Counted from the stretch's first letter, positions 46,724 to 56,814 are shown. The stretch is DNA of 64,000 bases from Dehalococcoidia bacterium (GCA_963662615.2 CAXXSR010000002.1:480001-544000); one strand, 5' to 3'. Notes: generated from the sequence alone by a model not told the origin. Translations and numbers: made by a program.

Positions 46724-48136
46724 ATGGAATCGAGCGAGGTCCGCCGCTTCATTGAAGACAACGAGGTCGCGATGGTTGACCTCAAGTTCACCGACCTGCT
46801 GGGGACCTGGCAGCATTTCTCCATTACCCCGGACGAAGTGACGGACGGGCTGTTCCACAACGGCATTGGCTTCGACGGCAGCAGCATCCGCGCCTTCCAG
46901 GGGATCGAGCGGTCCGACATGAACCTGATCCCGGACCCCGCAACGGCGGTGCTGGACCCGTTCACCAGCCACAAGACGCTCCACATGCTGGCCGACATAC
47001 ATGATCCCATCACGGGCGAGCGCTACCACAAAGATCCGCGCGGCGTGGCCCAGCGCGCGGAGGCGTACCTCAAGACCACCGGGCTCGCCGACACGTCCTA
47101 TTGGGGGCCCGAATGCGAGTTCTTCGTCTTTGACGACGTGCGCTACGACAGTGGGCGCAACGAGGCGTACTACCACGTGGACTCGGTAGAGGCGGCCTGG
47201 AACACCGGCCGCCAGGAGCAGCCCAACCTGGCCTATAAGACAAACTACAAAGAAGGCTACTTCCCAGCCCCCCCCCGCGACACGCTCCAGGACCTGCGCA
47301 CCGAGATGGTGCTGAAAATGCAAAAGTGGGGGCTGCAGGTGGAGATCCATCACCATGAGGTGGGGACGGCCGGCCAGTGCGAGATTGACCTCCGCTACGC
47401 GCCGCTGTCGCGGATGGCGGACAGCGTCATGATCTACAAGCACGTGGTCCGCAACGTGGCGCGGGACGCCGGCAAGGTCGCCACGTTCATGCCCAAGCCG
47501 ATCTTCGAGGACAACGGCAGCGGCATGCACGTGCACCAGTCGCTCTGGCGCGGCGACACCAACCTCTTTTTCGACGCCAAAGGCTACGCACTCGCCTCAC
47601 AAACGGCGATGCACTACATCGGCGGACTGATCAAGCACGCCGCCGCCCTGATGGCCTTCTGCGCGCCCACGACCAACAGCTACAAGCGGCTGGTCCCCGG
47701 CTACGAAGCGCCCACCATGTTGGTCTACAGCGCCCGCAATCGCAGCGCCGCCATCCGTATCCCAATGTATTCCAGCGCGCCCCACGCGAAGCGGCTGGAG
47801 TTCCGCTCCCCGGATCCCACCGCCAACCCCTACCTTGCCTTCTCGGCGATGTTGCTGGCCGGCCTGGACGGTATTGAGAACAAGCTCGACCCCGGCGACC
47901 CGGTCGACGTTGACGTCTACGAGCTGGATCCGCTCGAAGGCGACCATCCGCAGGTTCCCAGCTCGCTGGAGGGCGCGCTCGACGCCCTCAAGGACGACCA
48001 CGAGTTCTTGGTCAAAGGCGGCGTCTTTTCGGAGGATCTAATCGAAACCTGGATCAGTTACAAGCGTGAGAATGAGATCGATGCGGTCCGCATCCGCCCG
48101 CATCCGCACGAATTCCAACTGTACTTCGATGCCTAA
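46724..48136 (+). CDS. glnA: Glutamine synthetase type I-beta
   Basis: FDGSSI, SDM...PD, HHHEV, FMPKP..DNGSGMH.HQS, RLVPGYEAP, NRSA.IRIP; carries the GSI-beta insertion and the adenylylation-site Tyr (DVYEL). Confidence 0.96.
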   Translation: MESSEVRRFIEDNEVAMVDLKFTDLLGTWQHFSITPDEVTDGLFHNGIGFDGSSIRAFQGIERSDMNLIPDPATAVLDPFTSHKTLHMLADIHDPITGERYHKDPRGVAQRAEAYLKTTGLADTSYWGPECEFFVFDDVRYDSGRNEAYYHVDSVEAAWNTGRQEQPNLAYKTNYKEGYFPAPPRDTLQDLRTEMVLKMQKWGLQVEIHHHEVGTAGQCEIDLRYAPLSRMADSVMIYKHVVRNVARDAGKVATFMPKPIFEDNGSGMHVHQSLWRGDTNLFFDAKGYALASQTAMHYIGGLIKHAAALMAFCAPTTNSYKRLVPGYEAPTMLVYSARNRSAAIRIPMYSSAPHAKRLEFRSPDPTANPYLAFSAMLLAGLDGIENKLDPGDPVDVDVYELDPLEGDHPQVPSSLEGALDALKDDHEFLVKGGVFSEDLIETWISYKRENEIDAVRIRPHPHEFQLYFDA

Positions 48137-48150
48137 ACTTTCGATGCCTA
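48125..48150. repeat. 15-bp-period tandem duplication across the glnA stop codon
   Basis: TTCGATGCCTA-aact-TTCGATGCCTA. Confidence 0.75.
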
Positions 48151-48208
48151 GGCTGCGGCGGCCGCCGGCGGCGGCCGAACCGCGCTAGGCCGAACGAGGA
48201 CGGCCGGC

Positions 48209-49537
48209 ATGGTCGCGGAAACAACTGAGTACGTCCTGGCGACGGCGCGTGAGAACGACGTCACGTTCATCCGCCTCTGGTTCACGGACATTTTGGGCTC
48301 GCTCAAGTCCTTCGCCATCACCGTGGGTGAGCTGGAGAAGGCCATGGAGGAGGGGATGGGCTTCGACGGCTCGTCCATTGAGGGCTTCGCCCGCATCGAT
48401 GAGTCGGACATGATCGCGCGGCCGGATCCCAGTACGTTCGTGCTCCTGCCCTGGCGCCCGCAGCAGCACCGGGTGGCGCGCATGATCTGCGATATCCACC
48501 TCCCCGACGGCCGCCCCTTCTCCGGCGATCCCCGCTTCGTGCTCCGGCGCCAGTTGGAGCGGGCCGCGGCGCTGGGCTACACCTTCTACGTGGGTCCGGA
48601 GCTGGAGTACTTCTACTTCAAGGATCCGGAGCATCCGCAGCCCTTGGATGCGGGCGGCTACTTCGACCTCACTCCCCTGGACGTTGCCAGCGACCTGCGT
48701 CGTGAGACCGTCCTCACCTTGGAGGAGATGGGGATCGCGGTGGCCTACTCGCATCACGAAGCCGCTCCCAGCCAGCACGAGATCGACCTGCGCTACACGG
48801 ATGCGCTCACCATGGCGGACGCGGCCATGACCTACCGGTTGGTGGTCAAGGAGATCGCCTTGAAGCATGGCGTGTACGCGTCGTTCATGCCCAAGCCGCT
48901 GCCTCACGAAAATGGCAGCGGCATGCACGTGCACCAGTCGCTCTTCCGCGGCGACGAGAACGACTTCTTCGACCCCACGGCGTACGCGCACCTCTCGCCC
49001 AACGCGCGGCGCTATATCGCGGGCCTGCTCCAGCACGCAGGCGAGTTCACGCTGGTCACGAACCAGTGGGTCAACAGCTATAAGCGGCTCCAGCCCGGTT
49101 TCGAGGCGCCCGTCTACGTAACCTGGGCCAGGCGCAATCGCAGTGACCTGATCCGCATTCCCGAGTACCAGCCGGGCCGGGCTGACGCGACCCGCGTGGA
49201 GTATCGCGCCGCGGACTCGTCCTGCAATCCCTACCTGGCCTTCAGCGTGCTCTTGGCGGCGGGCCTGGACGGCATTGAGACGGAGGCGGAGCCGCCGCCG
49301 TCCACTGAAGAGAACGTCTTTCTCCTCAGCGACGCGGAACGCCGCGAGCGCGGCATTGAGACGCTGCCAGGATCCTTGGGCGAGGCGATCGACCTCTTCG
49401 CCGCCAGCTCCCTCATGAGGGAGACGTTGGGCGAGCACGTCTTTGCCAGCTTCCTGGAGAACAAGCGCATTGAATGGAACGAGTATCGCACGCACGTCTG
49501 CGACTTCGAGATGAAGCGCTATCTGCCCGTGCTCTAG
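48209..49537 (+). CDS. Glutamine synthetase-family protein, type I-alpha/GlnA2-like
   Basis: FIRLWFTDILG.LKS, FDGSSIEGF.RI.ESDM, SHHE..P.QHEI, FMPKP and NRS..IRIP; no GSI-beta insertion and no adenylylation Tyr (ENVF). Confidence 0.93.
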   Translation: MVAETTEYVLATARENDVTFIRLWFTDILGSLKSFAITVGELEKAMEEGMGFDGSSIEGFARIDESDMIARPDPSTFVLLPWRPQQHRVARMICDIHLPDGRPFSGDPRFVLRRQLERAAALGYTFYVGPELEYFYFKDPEHPQPLDAGGYFDLTPLDVASDLRRETVLTLEEMGIAVAYSHHEAAPSQHEIDLRYTDALTMADAAMTYRLVVKEIALKHGVYASFMPKPLPHENGSGMHVHQSLFRGDENDFFDPTAYAHLSPNARRYIAGLLQHAGEFTLVTNQWVNSYKRLQPGFEAPVYVTWARRNRSDLIRIPEYQPGRADATRVEYRAADSSCNPYLAFSVLLAAGLDGIETEAEPPPSTEENVFLLSDAERRERGIETLPGSLGEAIDLFAASSLMRETLGEHVFASFLENKRIEWNEYRTHVCDFEMKRYLPVL

Positions 49538-49568
49538 GCCGCCCGCGGGGGTGGCGCCGGCCTCTGTT

Positions 49569-49592
49569 TAGAATCCCGGTGTCTAGAATCCC
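49569..49592. repeat. 15-bp-period tandem duplication across the nuoN stop codon
   Basis: TAGAATCCC at 49569-49577 and 49584-49592. Confidence 0.65.
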
Positions 49593-51118
49593 TGGAACAG
49601 CATGGCGGTGGCGTGGTCGATCGCGTTGAAGAGGGGGGCGGGGTACAGCCCCACCAGGAGCACGGCGGCCATCAAAACGGTGAGCGCTCCCATCATGGGC
49701 AGCGGGATGCGGAAGCGCGCCACGTCGTCGCCCTCCGGCTGGTACAGGTACATCTGTTTGATCACCATCAGGTAGTAGTAGAGGGAGACGAAGGACGCCG
49801 TGACGCCCATGGCTCCCAGCCACAGGAAGCCGTTGTTGACCGCTACCTGGAAGATGATGAACTTGGTCGCGAAGCCGGCGAACAGCGGCATGCCGGCCAG
49901 CGAGAAGAGCCCCATGGACAGGATCAAGGCCAAGTACGGCTGGCGCTCGGCCAGGCCGCGCAGGTCGGGGATATCGTCGCGGCCGGTGCGGTTGTAGAAC
50001 GCGATGATGGCGGCGAAGGCGACGATGTTCGTAGCCACGTAGCCCACCAGGTGGAAGACCAGCGCCGTGGCCGCGTCCTGCGACTCGCGCAGCGAGTCCG
50101 CGTTCAGCGCCACAATGCCAATGAGCAGATAGCCTCCCTGCGCGATCGATGAGTAGGCCAGCAGGCGCTTGAGATTGACCTGCCGCAGCGCCATGACGTT
50201 GCCAACGATCATCGACAAGGCCGCCATGATGGCCACCATCCAGGCCCACTCGTCGGCGGCGGGGAGCAGCCCCTCTGAGAACAGCCGCAGGAAGAAGGCG
50301 AAGGCCGCAGCCTTGCCGCCGGCGCTGAGGAACGCGGTGATCGGCAGCGGCGCCCCCTGGTAGGCGTCGGGCGTCCACTGGTGGAACGGCACCGCGGAGA
50401 CCTTGAAGCCGATTCCGGCGACGATCAGCACCAGGCCCACGATCAACCCCGGGCGCACGTCGGCCGGCAATGGCAGGGTGCTGTCCACGACCTGTGCGCC
50501 AAAATTTCCCAGCTGCTGGGCGATATTGCGGCCCGCTTCCACACCGTCAGGCTCAATCCCGCTGTAGGTGGTGGTGCCGGTCACGCCGTACAGCATGCTG
50601 AGGCCGAAGAGGAACAGCGCGGACGAGAACGCGCCCAGGAGCATGTACTTGAGGGAGCCCTCGTTGGAGAAGGGGTTGAGCTTGTTGAAGCCCACCAGGA
50701 TATAGAGGCTAAATGACATCAACTCCAGCGCCAGGTAGGCGGTGATCAGCTCCCGCGCCGACGCCAGGAGGATCATCCCCAGCGTGGCGAACATGATCAG
50801 GCCGTAGAACTCGCCGTGGTTCTTGAGCCGGTCGCCCGCGAACTGAATGGAGGCGATGATGGTGAAGAAGGCGATGCCCAGGAAAAAGACCCGGAAGAGC
50901 ACGGTGTAGTTGTCCACCGCCAGGACGTTGGCGAAGTCATCGTTCTCGTTGATGTAAAAGACGGCGGTGAGGATCAGCAGCAGGAGCAGACCGGCGGCCG
51001 AGACATAGCCCCAGACTTCTTGGCGGACCGCACGGAACGTCAGCGCCAGCGCCACCACCAGCGTGCCCAAGCCGGCCAGGACGAGCTCGGGGATGATCAG
51101 CTCGTACTCGAGATCCAT
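49583..51118 (-). CDS. nuoN: Complex I subunit N
   Basis: EG.LKY..LG, GFK.SAVPFHQW.PDAYQGAP, KRLLAYSSI and SLAG.P. Confidence 0.96.
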   Translation of the reverse strand: MDLEYELIIPELVLAGLGTLVVALALTFRAVRQEVWGYVSAAGLLLLLILTAVFYINENDDFANVLAVDNYTVLFRVFFLGIAFFTIIASIQFAGDRLKNHGEFYGLIMFATLGMILLASARELITAYLALELMSFSLYILVGFNKLNPFSNEGSLKYMLLGAFSSALFLFGLSMLYGVTGTTTYSGIEPDGVEAGRNIAQQLGNFGAQVVDSTLPLPADVRPGLIVGLVLIVAGIGFKVSAVPFHQWTPDAYQGAPLPITAFLSAGGKAAAFAFFLRLFSEGLLPAADEWAWMVAIMAALSMIVGNVMALRQVNLKRLLAYSSIAQGGYLLIGIVALNADSLRESQDAATALVFHLVGYVATNIVAFAAIIAFYNRTGRDDIPDLRGLAERQPYLALILSMGLFSLAGMPLFAGFATKFIIFQVAVNNGFLWLGAMGVTASFVSLYYYLMVIKQMYLYQPEGDDVARFRIPLPMMGALTVLMAAVLLVGLYPAPLFNAIDHATAMLFQGF

Positions 51119-51119
51119 C

Positions 51120-52640
51120 TCAGCCCCTGATCACCGGCAGATCAGCCAAACGGCCCCCGATCTGCTCCACTCCCGGCAACTCCAAAACCGCACTGGCAAT
51201 GCGATCCACGAACGGGTCCGGCCACACCCCCATGGCGACGATGGGGATCACCAGGGCCATGCCGCCCGCCCACTCCCAGCGGGTGAGGTCATGCAGCCCC
51301 TCCCAGCGGGTGTTGAAGGGGCCCAGCGCCGCCCGCCCCAGCAGTCGCAGGATGTAGACCGCGGTGATCGCCGCCGAGAGCACGCCGATGGCGGCGAACA
51401 GCGGGAAGGCGTCGATCGTCCCCACGAAGACGTGGAACTCCGCCACGAAGCCGCTCAGTCCCGGCAGGCCCAGCGAGGCCAGCCCGGCCAGACCGAAGAA
51501 GATCACGAAGAACGGCATCTTGCGGATGATGCCCCCAAACTGGGTGATGTCGCGCGTGTGCGCTTGGTCGTAAAGGGCGCCCACCATGGCGAAGAAGAGG
51601 GCGGTCATGACGCCGTGGCTGAACATCTGCAGGACGGCGCCGTTCACGCCAATGGTGTTCATGGTGCCCAGGCCCATGAGCACGAATCCCATATGACTGA
51701 CAGAGGAGTAGCCGATCACGAATTTGAGGTCGGTCTGGTGCAGCGCGGAGAAGGCGCCGTAGATGGCGGCGATGGTTCCGAGGACAAGGAGGACGGGCAT
51801 CCAGAGGTCGGTGCCTTCCGGCAGCACCTCAATGCCCAGCCGGATGATCCCGAACGCGCCCAGCTTCATCAGGACCCCGGCGTGCAGCATGGAGACGGCG
51901 GTGGGCGCCGCCACGTGGCCGTCAGGCGACCAGGTGTGGAAGGGCCAGAGCCCGGCCAGCACGCCACACCCGATCATGAAGAAGGGGAAGAAGGTCTGGG
52001 CGAAGCCGGTGTCGAACTCCACGGCGCGGAGCACCGGCAGGTCGAACGTGCCTGTCCCGGACTCCACGAACACGGCGAAGATGCCCACGAAGACCAGGAC
52101 CGACGCCCCCACCAGCACCATGGTCAGCTTCATGGCGCCGTATTCCTTGTTCGTGCTGCCCCAGACCAGGATCAGGAGGTACATGGGCAGCACCGCCAGC
52201 TCGTAGAAGAAGAACCAGAAGAAGAGGTCTTGGCTGATGTAGACGCCAAAAACGCCGGTGACGAGCAGCATGAAGAGGACGAAGAAGTCCTTGTTGCGAT
52301 AGTCGATCTTCCACGAGATCAGCACCCCGGCGAAGGCGACGATCCCGTTGAGGAGTACGAGCGGGGCGGCGATGCCGTCCACACCGAGGTGCAGCGAGAT
52401 CCCGTTCTCCTTCAAGAAGCCCACGTTCTCGATCCAGACGTACTGGAGGTCGAACTGGAAGCCGCCGTCCACGTAGTCGTAGACGGCGAAGACGTAGATG
52501 GCGTTCGCCAGCATGGCCGTTCCGGCCGCCAGCGCGATCAGGCGGATCGCGGTGGGGTAGCGCTGCGGCACCAGCATGATGGCGACGGCGGCGCCAGCGG
52601 GAATCAGCAGTAGGAGCAGAAGCGCTTCGCCTGCGTCCAC
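51120..52640 (-). CDS. nuoM: Complex I subunit M
   Basis: LGVDGI, FF.FYE, P.HTW.PD.H..APT, LMKLG.FG, YSSVSHMG, SHG and LGLPG.SGFVAEF. Confidence 0.96.
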   Translation of the reverse strand: MDAGEALLLLLLIPAGAAVAIMLVPQRYPTAIRLIALAAGTAMLANAIYVFAVYDYVDGGFQFDLQYVWIENVGFLKENGISLHLGVDGIAAPLVLLNGIVAFAGVLISWKIDYRNKDFFVLFMLLVTGVFGVYISQDLFFWFFFYELAVLPMYLLILVWGSTNKEYGAMKLTMVLVGASVLVFVGIFAVFVESGTGTFDLPVLRAVEFDTGFAQTFFPFFMIGCGVLAGLWPFHTWSPDGHVAAPTAVSMLHAGVLMKLGAFGIIRLGIEVLPEGTDLWMPVLLVLGTIAAIYGAFSALHQTDLKFVIGYSSVSHMGFVLMGLGTMNTIGVNGAVLQMFSHGVMTALFFAMVGALYDQAHTRDITQFGGIIRKMPFFVIFFGLAGLASLGLPGLSGFVAEFHVFVGTIDAFPLFAAIGVLSAAITAVYILRLLGRAALGPFNTRWEGLHDLTRWEWAGGMALVIPIVAMGVWPDPFVDRIASAVLELPGVEQIGGRLADLPVIRG

Positions 52641-52689
52641 CTCTGTCCGTCCTCCTCAGCCGGCGTCTTGGCGGCGCCGGCGCTTCCCC

Positions 52690-54627
52690 CTACCCCACGC
52701 GGAGCAGGAACCCCAGGGCGCCGGCGGCGGCGATCCCGACGATCATCAGCAGGGCGTAATCCGGCAGCCGTCCCGTGACGTGATAACGCAGCCAAAAGGC
52801 CGAGTACCGCGTCGCGTCGGCCGGGCCGTTGACGCCGGTGTCGTTGACGATCATGCGGTCGAACCAGGCGATCAGCGCGCCGAAGGGCAGAATCGCCTTG
52901 TCAATGGTCCACTGATAGGCCTCGTCGAAGTAGAACTTGTTCTCCAGCACCGCCGCCATGGCCGGTTGCAGCCGGCGCAGGGCCACGGCCCGGCGGGCGT
53001 TGCGGCCCCAGAAGAGCCAGTAGGCCGCGAAGATTCCCAGCAGCGAGACCAGGCCGGTGGCGGCGGCGACGGTCGCGCTAAAGGCGAAGTCTTCCGGCTC
53101 TGGGAAGTACACGAAGTTGTTGATGCCGCCGGGGAAGCCGAAAGCGTCGCCCACTTGGTCCAGCGCGAAAAAGCCGAGGAACAGCGTGAAGAGCGTGAGG
53201 ATGATGACGGGAACGAGCATCGTTGCGGGAGCCTCGCGGGCTCGGCGGATCACGGCCAGATCCTTGGGCGCGCCGAAGAAGGTGATGATCACCAGGCGCG
53301 CCATGTACATCGCCGAGAGGAAGGCGGCGACCCCCAGCAGAATGAGAACGACGTCGCTCTCCGACCGCGCCACGGCGGCGAAGATCTCGTCCTTCGAGAA
53401 GAAGCCCGAGAGCGGCGCGATGCCCGCGAGCGCCAGCGAGGAGATGATGAAGGTGGTTGCCGTCACGGGCATGCGCCACCACAGACCCCCCAGCCGCTGA
53501 GCGTCTTGCTCCTCCGTCATATGGATCACGGAGCCCGATCCCAGGAAGAGAGTGGCCTTGAACGCGGCGTGGGTGAGCAGGTGGAACATCGCCACGCCCA
53601 CGGCGCCTGCGCCCAGCGCGACGAACATGAAGCCCAACTGGCTGATGGTGGAGTAGGCCAGCACTCGTTTGATGTCGGTCTGCGTCAGGGCGATCACCCC
53701 GGCCAGCAGCGCCGTAATCAGCCCCACCGCCAGCACCACGTCCAGCGCGCCCGGGGCCACGGCGAACAGCGGCAGCAGGCGTGCGACAAGGTAGACGCCG
53801 GCCACCACCATGGTGGCCGCGTGGATCAGCGCGCTCACCGGCGTGGGGCCCTCCATGGCGTCCGGCAACCAGACGTGGAAGGGCACCTGGGCGCTCTTTC
53901 CCATGGCGCCCAGGAAGATCAGGAGCGTGGCCATGGTCAGATAGCCGTCGCCGATGATCTGGGCTTGATCATTGAGGCGGCCGGCCTGGGCGGCCTCAAT
54001 GATCTCGCTAATCTGGAACGTCCCGGTGGCGCGCCAGAAGAGGATGATGCCAATCAGCAGTCCCACGTCGCCCAGGCGCGTGGTCACGAACGCCTTCTTG
54101 GCCGCCTCCACCGCCGACGGTCGCTCGTAGTAGAAGCCAATGAGCAGGAAGGAGCAGATCCCCACTCCCTCCCAGGCCATGTAGAGGAAGAGCAGATTGT
54201 CGGCCAGAACCAGCGCCAGCATGGCGGCGGCGAAGAGGGAAAGCACGCCGAAGTACCACCAGTAGCGTGGCTCCGGCTTGCCGTGGTGGCGCAGGTACTG
54301 CGTGGAGTAGACGTTCACCATCAGCGACACCAAGGTCACGACGCCCAGCATCACGATGGCGAGAGAGTCCACTGTGAAGCCAATGCGCAGGGTGAAGTCG
54401 CCAACGGTGAGCCAGTCGAAGCCCGTGGTGGCGATCCCGCCCAGGCCGGCATTGATGGAGTCCAGGTGCGACTCCAGCACGAAGAAGAAGAGGACGAAGG
54501 CGGAGCCGATGGCGAGGATGGAGAGCCAGTCCCCTTGGCGCGGCAGGAAGCGGCCGCTCAACGCCAGCAGGCCGAAGGCGCAGGCCGGAATGGCCGGCAG
54601 GATCCAGGCGTGGTCAATCCAGAACAT
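52690..54627 (-). CDS. nuoL: Complex I subunit L
   Basis: WEGVG.CS..LIGF, GKSAQ.P.H.WLPDAMEGPTPVSALIHAATMV, HA.FKA.LFL and GFFSKD. Confidence 0.97.
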   Translation of the reverse strand: MFWIDHAWILPAIPACAFGLLALSGRFLPRQGDWLSILAIGSAFVLFFFVLESHLDSINAGLGGIATTGFDWLTVGDFTLRIGFTVDSLAIVMLGVVTLVSLMVNVYSTQYLRHHGKPEPRYWWYFGVLSLFAAAMLALVLADNLLFLYMAWEGVGICSFLLIGFYYERPSAVEAAKKAFVTTRLGDVGLLIGIILFWRATGTFQISEIIEAAQAGRLNDQAQIIGDGYLTMATLLIFLGAMGKSAQVPFHVWLPDAMEGPTPVSALIHAATMVVAGVYLVARLLPLFAVAPGALDVVLAVGLITALLAGVIALTQTDIKRVLAYSTISQLGFMFVALGAGAVGVAMFHLLTHAAFKATLFLGSGSVIHMTEEQDAQRLGGLWWRMPVTATTFIISSLALAGIAPLSGFFSKDEIFAAVARSESDVVLILLGVAAFLSAMYMARLVIITFFGAPKDLAVIRRAREAPATMLVPVIILTLFTLFLGFFALDQVGDAFGFPGGINNFVYFPEPEDFAFSATVAAATGLVSLLGIFAAYWLFWGRNARRAVALRRLQPAMAAVLENKFYFDEAYQWTIDKAILPFGALIAWFDRMIVNDTGVNGPADATRYSAFWLRYHVTGRLPDYALLMIVGIAAAGALGFLLRVG

Positions 54628-54662
54628 CTAGCCGTACATCCCCGGCTCCTCCCGGCGCTGCG

Positions 54663-54977
54663 CTACCACTTGAGGAGGTTGACCTCGTCGACGTTCGCCG
54701 TGGCGCGGGTGCGGAACGTCCGCACCACGATGCCCAGCGCCAGCGCGACCTCGGCGGCCGCAATCACGATGATGAAGAGCGCGAAGACGATCCCGGTGAA
54801 GTTGCCGAACTCGACCCGGCCGTAGACCGCGAAGGCGACCATGTTGAGGCTGACCGCGTTCAGCATCAGCTCCACCGACATGAGAATGAGCACGGCGTTG
54901 CGGCGCGTGAGCACGCCCATCACGCCAATGGCGAAGAGGATGGCGTTGAAGACCAACACGTGCTCAAGCGGCGGCAC
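54663..54977 (-). CDS. nuoK: Complex I subunit K
   Basis: RRN....LMSVELMLN and AAAEVA. Confidence 0.96.
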   Translation of the reverse strand: MPPLEHVLVFNAILFAIGVMGVLTRRNAVLILMSVELMLNAVSLNMVAFAVYGRVEFGNFTGIVFALFIIVIAAAEVALALGIVVRTFRTRATANVDEVNLLKW

Positions 54978-55480
54978 TACTCCTCCTCCTCCGGCGTCGC
55001 GAGCATGATGGCCCCGTCCAGGGCGACCGAGAGGATGATGCCGATGATGATGAAGGGGACGATCCAGACCGTGAAGATGGCGTCGCCGATTCCGGAGAAC
55101 GGAACGGGCTCAATATCGTCGCGGGGAATCTGCTCCACCCAGTCGGTGCTGACCACGGCGCCGATCAGGGCGGCCAAGAGACCGGCCGCGGCGATGGTGC
55201 CCAAGGAGCGGGTGCGGCCGAAGAGGGCCTGGGGCCGTTCCCGCGCCCGCGTCAGCATGAGCGCGAAGAGGATCAGGATCACGACGGCGCCGGCGTAGAT
55301 GAGCAGCTGCACCAGGGCCAGGAACTCCACCGTCAGGATCAGGTAGATGGCGGCGACCGCACTCAAGGCCAGCGCGAAGGCGATGGCCGCATAAACAATG
55401 TTGCCCACGAGCACGGTCCCGAGCGCGCTCAGGATCATGAAGGTGGCAATGATGTAGAAGACGACCTCGGTCGCGCTCAC
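54977..55480 (-). CDS. nuoJ: Complex I subunit J
   Basis: EFLA.VQ.LIYAGAV.IL..FA.ML. Confidence 0.94.
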   Translation of the reverse strand: MSATEVVFYIIATFMILSALGTVLVGNIVYAAIAFALALSAVAAIYLILTVEFLALVQLLIYAGAVVILILFALMLTRARERPQALFGRTRSLGTIAAAGLLAALIGAVVSTDWVEQIPRDDIEPVPFSGIGDAIFTVWIVPFIIIGIILSVALDGAIMLATPEEEE

Positions 55481-55599
55481 CCGTCACCTTGCGGCCGTTG
55501 CAGCCTCACTTGCCGGGCCGTCCCCCGCCCGCTGCGGCATACGTACGCGCATCCGGCGGCGCAGCTGAGGCGCCGCGCCCACGGGTTCTCCGCGCCCTC

Positions 55600-56814
55600 T
55601 TACTTGCCGCCGCTGGCTGTGCCTCCGGCTACTTCGGTTGCCGTGATCATCCGCGGGCGGGCGGCCCGGCGGCGGATCGTGCGAGTCCCAGCGCCAGCCT
55701 TCAGCCGCATCTGACCGTAAACCAGGCCCATCAGTAGAGCAAGCATGGCCATGGAGACCAGCCCCACGATCCAATCGGCGCCGCCGTAGGTCAGAATGAT
55801 GGCGTTGGCGAGCACCTGGGCCAGGGCGAAGGGGAGCAGGACCTTCCAGGAGAACGCCATGAGCTGGTCAATGCGCAGGCGCGGCACGATGGCCCGCATC
55901 CAAAAGAGCACGAAGATCAGCGCACTGGCCTTGAAGAACGTCAAGACGAGCTGCCAGCCCAGCCCCAGGTCCGCGCCAAAGGGGAAGCTCCAGCCCCCCA
56001 GGAAGACCGTGGAGGCGACCATCACAATCAGAAACAGGGCGGTGTACTCCGCCAGGAAGAACATGCCCCAGCGCATCCCGCTGTATTCCACGAAGTAGCC
56101 GCCCACCACCTCCGACTCCGCCACCGGCATGTCGAACGGTGGCCGGTGCAGCTCCGCCAGCGCCCCGATCATGAAGATGACGAAGCCCAGCGGCTGCAGG
56201 ATCAGGTAGGGCGTGGTGCGCTGGTCGCCCGCGATGAAGTTCAGGTTCAGCGCCCCGGGTTCACCCGCCGGCAGATGGCTGGCGGCGATGATGACCACGC
56301 CGGCCGCGGCCAGCAGCATGGGCAGCTCGTAGGAGATCGCCTGGGCGGCGGCGCGGATCCCGCCCAGCAGGGCGTACTTGTTGTCCGAGCCCCACCCGGC
56401 CATCACCACGCCCACGATGTTCAGGCCCAGCACCGCGAAGATGTAGAGAAAGCCCAGCTCCAGGTCGCGGATGAACCAGGTTTCGGTGAAGGGGATGGGC
56501 ACGAACATCAGGAAGACGGGGACGAAGACGAAGAAGGGCGCCAGCTGGAAGACCCAGCGGTCGGCGGTGGTCGGTCGCACATCTTCCTTGGCCACGAGCT
56601 TCACCGCGTCGGCAATGGCCTGCAGCATGCCAATGGGGCCCGTGCGTGTGGGCCCCACGCGCGCCTGGAAGCGCGCCAGTACCTTGCGCTCCAAGTAGAT
56701 CAACGCGAACGCGTTGATCGTCATCAGCGCTACCACGAAGACGATGCGGATGAGGGCGTCGATCCAGTCCGGCAGGCCGATCCCAGCGAACTCGCTCAGG
56801 ACCACGGGCGGCAT
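55600..56814 (-). CDS. nuoH: Complex I subunit H
   Basis: ERK..AR.Q.R.GP, AD.VKL..KED, KY.LLG..RA.AQ.ISYE, AESE...G...EYSG and R.R.DQ. Confidence 0.97.
   Translation of the reverse strand: MPPVVLSEFAGIGLPDWIDALIRIVFVVALMTINAFALIYLERKVLARFQARVGPTRTGPIGMLQAIADAVKLVAKEDVRPTTADRWVFQLAPFFVFVPVFLMFVPIPFTETWFIRDLELGFLYIFAVLGLNIVGVVMAGWGSDNKYALLGGIRAAAQAISYELPMLLAAAGVVIIAASHLPAGEPGALNLNFIAGDQRTTPYLILQPLGFVIFMIGALAELHRPPFDMPVAESEVVGGYFVEYSGMRWGMFFLAEYTALFLIVMVASTVFLGGWSFPFGADLGLGWQLVLTFFKASALIFVLFWMRAIVPRLRIDQLMAFSWKVLLPFALAQVLANAIILTYGGADWIVGLVSMAMLALLMGLVYGQMRLKAGAGTRTIRRRAARPRMITATEVAGGTASGGK

Noticed and set aside
49583-54627. Complex I variant with a second NuoM
   Set aside because: Only one each of nuoL, nuoM and nuoN, and NuoL is of ordinary length.
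55477-55602. Stop-codon readthrough or selenocysteine fusing nuoH to the Cys-containing downstream peptide
   Set aside because: The stop is TAA, not TGA or TAG, and the peptide lacks a complete ferredoxin motif. Kept only as a possible scar.
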